A DNA stretch of 64,000 nucleotides from Candidatus Magasanikiibacteriota bacterium (GTDB lineage: Bacteria; Patescibacteriota; Patescibacteriia; Magasanikbacterales; GWA2-37-8). Each line of letters begins with the position of its first letter. The first letter of the stretch is position 1. The notes beneath the pieces were generated by a model. It did no database searches. It had not been told where the DNA came from and was given only the letters and a program-made list of their open reading frames with translations. Made by a program: the position numbers and the translations under genes. Location of the stretch: positions 6,381-70,380 of the forward strand of contig JACOYB010000007.1 in assembly GCA_016182085.1 (NCBI GenBank). The letters run 5' to 3'. This document shows positions 60,237 through 64,000 of the stretch, piece by piece.

Positions 60237-60284
60237 CAACGCGCGTATCAATAATAATCAATATTATTACTCATACGCGCGTTG
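60237..60284. promoter_or_regulatory. Perfect 12-bp inverted repeat (CAACGCGCGTAT…ATACGCGCGTTG) around an AT-rich palindromic core, in the divergent promoter region between 59652-60170(-) and 60478-60807(+)
   Basis: caacgcgcgtat-caataataatcaatattattactc-atacgcgcgttg. A second 7-bp IR (atgattt…aaatcat) lies at 60368-60389. Confidence 0.4.
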
Positions 60285-60477
60285 GCTTCTCTAGTTTATA
60301 AAATGAACAGCGTAATTTAGTAGATTATCACGGTCTTTTTATGGACCATTTAATCATGTTATATAAAATGATTTAGTCAAATCATATATTTTTACACTAC
60401 CATAAAAATGTGTTTTTGTCAATCCGGGTCTTGTGCTTTTTATTTTTGATGGGTATATTGAATGAAGGAGGATCACC

Positions 60478-60807
60478 ATGACTTCAACACCCAGGAGAGA
60501 GTATCGTCCGTATGAGTTTCCCGAAGTGCTTCGCTTGCGCGAGCGCGCCAAAGGGTTAGAGTTTTCTGAACTCTTACAACAATATCTTTTTGAACGAGAT
60601 CGACTCACCAGCGAAGGTGGCGATCCGGACAATTCAAACTGTGTCTTTATCCGAGAAGATGAAGACAATCTCATGCTTAGCCGACAGTACCAGTGGTGCC
60701 AAGTACTGAAGGAAGAAATGAGCCGGCGAGGGATGCTCGCTGATATTGTTGAGAAGGGCGGGATAGTGAATGCAGAGTCCCTCTTGCGATACAAGTGTTG
60801 GTGGTAG
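60478..60807 (+). CDS. GC-rich hypothetical protein (109 aa)
   Basis: Strong SD gaaggaggatcaccATG. No motif recognised. Confidence 0.5.
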   Translation: MTSTPRREYRPYEFPEVLRLRERAKGLEFSELLQQYLFERDRLTSEGGDPDNSNCVFIREDEDNLMLSRQYQWCQVLKEEMSRRGMLADIVEKGGIVNAESLLRYKCWW

Positions 60808-61113
60808 GTGCACATGACGAAGCGCGCAAAATATTACCCTTGTAGCTTCGTCTCCGTTCCATAGCAACTTAATTATTTTAAGTTATTATGGAACGCGGAA
60901 ATGCTCAAAATACTCACGTTAACCTGACAAAAAAAGACCCAGACAATGTGTGGCAAGAGGAGAGGAAACGAAGGAGGGTACGTTTCCTCCTTATACCACA
61001 CACTGTCGGGGCCTTAAGGAGTTTTGTATATTTGTATACTACTGGTTTTTTTTATTTTGTCAAGAGTCCGACTGTGGATGATTGCTGTTTGCGCCCGTAA
61101 TGAAATGAAGGGC

Positions 61114-61461
61114 TTATTTTTTAACAGATTCAACCACTTTGGCGAAGATAGCTTTGTGATTTTCAGCTAAATTTGCCAAAATTTTTCTATCAATCGCAAC
61201 ATTGTTTTTCTTGAGCGCGTCTATAAAGCGGCTGTAGCTAAGACCGTATTCACGTACGGCAGCATTGATTTTAATATTCCAGATGCCGCGATTGGTGCGC
61301 TTTTTTATCTTGCGATCATTGAAAGCGTATTGACCGGCCTTCATTTTAGCCGGTTTGGCTAATTTAATTTTTGATTTTCGGCCCCAGCGGAAACCGCGAG
61401 TATGTTTTAATATGCCGCGGCGGCGTTTGGCGTGAAGTAGTCCACCTTTAATACGTGTCAT
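61114..61461 (-). CDS. rplT: 50S ribosomal protein L20
   Basis: MTRIKGGLLHAKRRRGILKHTRGFRWGRKSK… Canonical L20 N-terminus. Confidence 0.9.
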   Translation of the reverse strand: MTRIKGGLLHAKRRRGILKHTRGFRWGRKSKIKLAKPAKMKAGQYAFNDRKIKKRTNRGIWNIKINAAVREYGLSYSRFIDALKKNNVAIDRKILANLAENHKAIFAKVVESVKK

Positions 61462-61477
61462 ACAATTTTATTTTATT

Positions 61478-61538
61478 TGTCATGCTGAATATATTGCAGC
61501 ATCTTTGTCCGTAGATCCCAAATCAAGTTCAGGATGAC
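61478..61538. repeat. Dispersed palindromic element (copy 5) between rplT and rpmI
   Basis: tgtcatgctgaatatattgcagcatctttgtccgtagatcccaaatcaagttcaggatgaca has inverted termini. Confidence 0.55.
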
Positions 61539-61545
61539 AGGTAAA

Positions 61546-61743
61546 TTAGTTATTTGGTAAGTTAGTGCCCATTACACGATTAAGCGTGGTGCTGGCAATT
61601 ACGTCTGATTTTTTGTTGCGGCCAACTTTGCCACTTTCACGGGAATTGAAATGGTTTTGTCCGGCCGTGCGTTTTATAATTTTTCCGGTTCTGGTGAGTT
61701 TGTATCTTTTGGATGTAGCTTTATGTGTTTTCATTTTTGGCAT
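61546..61743 (-). CDS. rpmI: 50S ribosomal protein L35
   Basis: MPKMKTHKATSKRYKLTRTGKIIKRTAGQNH…. Confidence 0.85.
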   Translation of the reverse strand: MPKMKTHKATSKRYKLTRTGKIIKRTAGQNHFNSRESGKVGRNKKSDVIASTTLNRVMGTNLPNN

Positions 61744-61831
61744 ATGTTTTATTTATATTGATAATCTCTGCTAAGTGAGATTGGTGGTTATTCTTAAAGA
61801 TCCTTCGGTTTATAACCTTAGGATGACCGTA

Positions 61832-62377
61832 TTATTGCTTGGCGATAATGGCGGTCACTTTATTAAATTGAAATTCTACGCCTTGGTCTTTTCTGATTGG
61901 TAACGCGGTATTGACGTTGCTCACGAATCTTTCAATTACTTCGGCAGCCATCGGTTTTTGCTGCATTTCCCGGCCTTTTAAAATTATTTCCACTTTTACT
62001 TTATCGCCCTCATTTAAAAATTTAATTGTTTGATTTTGTCTAATCTCCATATCATGCGGAGAAATACGGAGCGATAGGCGAATGCCCTTTACTTCCGTAA
62101 CGTGAGCGTGGGCCTGTTTTAAACGCTCTTCTTTTTCTTGTTGATATTTAAATTGGCCGAAATCAATAATTTTAGCTACCGGCGGACTTGACTTAGGGTT
62201 GATAAGCACCAAATCTAACTCTTGCTCTTTGGCAATTGCCATGGCTTTGTTTGGCGGCATAACGCCTAAATTTTTTCCGTCACTATCCAAAACCATTACT
62301 TCCGGCACGGTGATTCCTAAATTAAAAAAATAGGTTCGTTTTGGCTCGGGTTTATGTTTTTTGTGTGATATACGCAT
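61832..62377 (-). CDS. infC: Translation initiation factor IF-3
   Basis: …LGITVPEVMVLDSDGKNLGVMPPNKAMAIAKEQELDLVLINP… aligns with IF-3. infC-rpmI-rplT order conserved. Confidence 0.85.
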   Translation of the reverse strand: MRISHKKHKPEPKRTYFFNLGITVPEVMVLDSDGKNLGVMPPNKAMAIAKEQELDLVLINPKSSPPVAKIIDFGQFKYQQEKEERLKQAHAHVTEVKGIRLSLRISPHDMEIRQNQTIKFLNEGDKVKVEIILKGREMQQKPMAAEVIERFVSNVNTALPIRKDQGVEFQFNKVTAIIAKQ

Positions 62378-62382
62378 AACTC

Positions 62383-62780
62383 TGGTGGAGGTGGCGAGAG
62401 TTGAACTCGCGTGTAGATAACTTTGACTAAACCTTCTACATACTTAGTGTCTCTTGGTATTTAATCAACCCGATAAAAGAGGACGAAAATCGGATTGACG
62501 AGCCGAGTAACTTCGTTGTGCGTCAGTCGGCGCTAACACATAACTACTCTCAGTTAATGACACCGCGGATCGGTTACTGAGTATTGCCGGCGCGATGGGT
62601 AACAGGCTATTAAGCCATTACCGGAGCCAAAGCGCGGGAACCAAACAAGTTGGCTACAGCTACTTTAGCTTTTGATAACAAGTTTACACTTATTATGGCG
62701 CTCTTTGTGATTTACGAGGATCAGAGCTTCCTCGGTATGCCGGTGTAGCCAGGAATTTCTATCGAAAGCCCGGCACCCCC
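62383..62780 (-). ncRNA. ssrA: tmRNA (ssrA), one-piece, starting immediately after the smpB stop codon
   Basis: Minus strand reads 5' GGGGGUGCCGGGCUUUCGAUAG…3'. Tag ORF …GCUUUGGCUCCGGUAAUGGCUUAAUAGCCUG (…ALAPVMA**) resembles E. coli GCUUUAGCAGCUUAAUAACCUG. 3' end GCGAG-UUCAACU-CUCGC-CACCUCC-ACCA pairs with the 5' GGGGGUG. Confidence 0.8.
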
Positions 62781-63221
62781 TTAATTTTTTCTGGCTCTAT
62801 CCAGTTCTCGCTTCAAGTCTCTATTTTTTATAGACTCTCGTTTATCGTATAATTTCTTTCCTTTAGCTACAGCGAGTTCTATCTTAACTAATCGTCCCTT
62901 AGTATACACGCGTAAGGGGATGATTGTCAAGCCCTTTTCCACCGATTTTCCCTGTAAATAAGTGATTTGTTTTTTATGCAGTAATAGCCGGCGAGAGTGG
63001 GTGGGGTCATAGTCGGGCATAGGTCCGGCCGGTTTATATTTATTTATATGCATGTTAAGTATATAAGGTTGGCTGTCGTAAAAAGTAACGTAGGTCCCTT
63101 TTAGGTCTATTTGGCCAAGTTTAGCGGATTTGGTTTCTTGTCCGGTGAGCACCAAACCAGCCTCTAGTTTTTCCAGAATTTCATATTCAAAAAATGCTTT
63201 TTTGTTTTCGGCAAGTGACAT
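62781..63221 (-). CDS. smpB: SsrA-binding protein SmpB
   Basis: MSLAENKKAFFEYEILEKLEAGLVLTGQE…TYLQGK… typical SmpB. Confidence 0.9.
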   Translation of the reverse strand: MSLAENKKAFFEYEILEKLEAGLVLTGQETKSAKLGQIDLKGTYVTFYDSQPYILNMHINKYKPAGPMPDYDPTHSRRLLLHKKQITYLQGKSVEKGLTIIPLRVYTKGRLVKIELAVAKGKKLYDKRESIKNRDLKRELDRARKN

Positions 63222-63311
63222 AAGTTTTCTAAATCTTAGCAGAAACAGGAGTAATTGACAAACGTACAGGTTTACTTTTTCTCTTAAAAAGAGTAGAATG
63301 ATAAAAAGATT

Positions 63312-64000
63312 ATGATTAAATCAATATCACTCCATCCAAAATTAGCCGCAGTGCTTGATTTGATGATCAACTTATTCATGTTATGGTGGGTGCGGCAGTT
63401 CGGCGCTTGGTGGATGGTATGGACATGGCTTTGGCTCCGGGTAATAATTTGGGGTGTGTTTACCTGGATGGTATATTACCCCAAAGAAATCAGCAGGTGG
63501 AAGCATTTGCTGTCACTTGTAGTTATGACAGTTGGAACACTCGCATTTCTTTTGTTCATAGAATGGAAATTTGCGTGGTATTTATTCGGACTATTCTTTT
63601 CATTTTTTTCCTTTTATAGTTTTTGGCTGTTGCCGACATCCACCGTAAGTTTAGGCGTATTTTTAAAACCGCACTTGCGCTGGCGTTTTATCATGGCAGT
63701 CATTGGCCTGGCCGGCATCTTTGAAGGCGCGCAAGCCATTATTTCCTTTCAGATCGTTACTTCGGTCAGCACACTCACATGGTCCGTCATATCATCGGTT
63801 TTTGCGGCCGTATTTGCCGGTTGGTGGTGGTGGGAATATGGCACACCGATAAATAAACGATTTTGGATATGGGTGGCGCTCTGGTTTGTCTTGATGTTTG
63901 AATTATTCTGGGTGGTAAACTTTCTGCCGCTTGGTTATTTGGTAAGCAGTTTGATTTTAACGTGGTGCTGGTATGCGCTCTGGCTTCTGGCCAGGTTTAA
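63312..64000 (+). CDS. Trp-rich polytopic membrane protein, 3'-truncated by window end (not in ORF track because no stop is reached)
   Basis: ATG at 63312. Frame stays open to nt 64000. Translation MIKSISLHPKLAAVLDLMINLFMLWWVRQFGAWWMVWTWLWLRVIIWGVFTWMVYYPKEI… has several TM helices. Confidence 0.45.
   Translation, partial: MIKSISLHPKLAAVLDLMINLFMLWWVRQFGAWWMVWTWLWLRVIIWGVFTWMVYYPKEISRWKHLLSLVVMTVGTLAFLLFIEWKFAWYLFGLFFSFFSFYSFWLLPTSTVSLGVFLKPHLRWRFIMAVIGLAGIFEGAQAIISFQIVTSVSTLTWSVISSVFAAVFAGWWWWEYGTPINKRFWIWVALWFVLMFELFWVVNFLPLGYLVSSLILTWCWYALWLLARF

Noticed and set aside
60888-61100. 70-aa ORF between the last GC-rich ORF and rplT
   Set aside because: No SD, overlaps hairpin-rich spacer, Arg/Lys-rich low-complexity start; probably non-coding.
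63383-63619. 78-aa ORF listed in the ORF track
   Set aside because: A different frame (ATG at 63312) stays open to the window end and encodes a coherent multi-TM protein, so the 78-aa ORF is likely a frame artefact.

Overview
This 64-kb window looks like an AT-rich, small-genome bacterium with a Gram-positive-type envelope. Candidate Phyla Radiation (CPR)/Patescibacteria is an inference from gene content: type IV pilus genes, giant repeat-rich surface proteins, TraD/VirD4-like ATPase paralogs, compact housekeeping operons. Housekeeping genes I recognise: ABC-2 exporter pair, SWIB-domain protein, DEAD-box helicase, msrA, tdk, secA, secD/secF, folD, dnaX, CorA-like transporter, cysS, a pilM–response regulator–pilin–pilD cluster, ligA, prs, a ppsA-like PEP synthase, ECF-type sigma factor, and smpB–tmRNA–infC–rpmI–rplT in the standard order. 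RNA genes: tRNA-Gln(CUG), tRNA-Asp(GUC), tmRNA, and what I read as a cobalamin riboswitch. A long + strand operon (6.8–16.4 kb) encodes three very large secreted/anchored proteins: a novel AWSxNIGWI-repeat protein, a 1641-aa YVTN/LVIVD 7-blade propeller plus tail-fibre-like repeat protein, and a 3x LamG-like protein. A dispersed palindromic repeat family (TGTCATCCTGAAC...GTTCAGGATGACA ends) occurs at least five times in intergenic spacers. Several visibly GC-rich segments are embedded in the AT-rich backbone: a truncated metzincin-like protease at the window start; an outer-membrane beta-barrel-like protein at 5.0–5.9 kb; three co-oriented Cys-rich lipoprotein/secreted-protein genes at 38.2–41.2 kb, each followed by a conserved 3' hairpin element; and small strongly-SD-driven ORFs around tRNA-Asp at 57.1–60.9 kb, where the tRNA 3' end is duplicated. 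The most interesting candidate system is a riboswitch-controlled three-gene operon (DUF4430-like protein, alpha/alpha-toroid surface protein, small polytopic membrane protein) that resembles a split intrinsic-factor/transcobalamin-type B12 capture and uptake module. All calls rest on motif-level reading of the translated ORFs and on by-eye RNA folding; no database searches were run.
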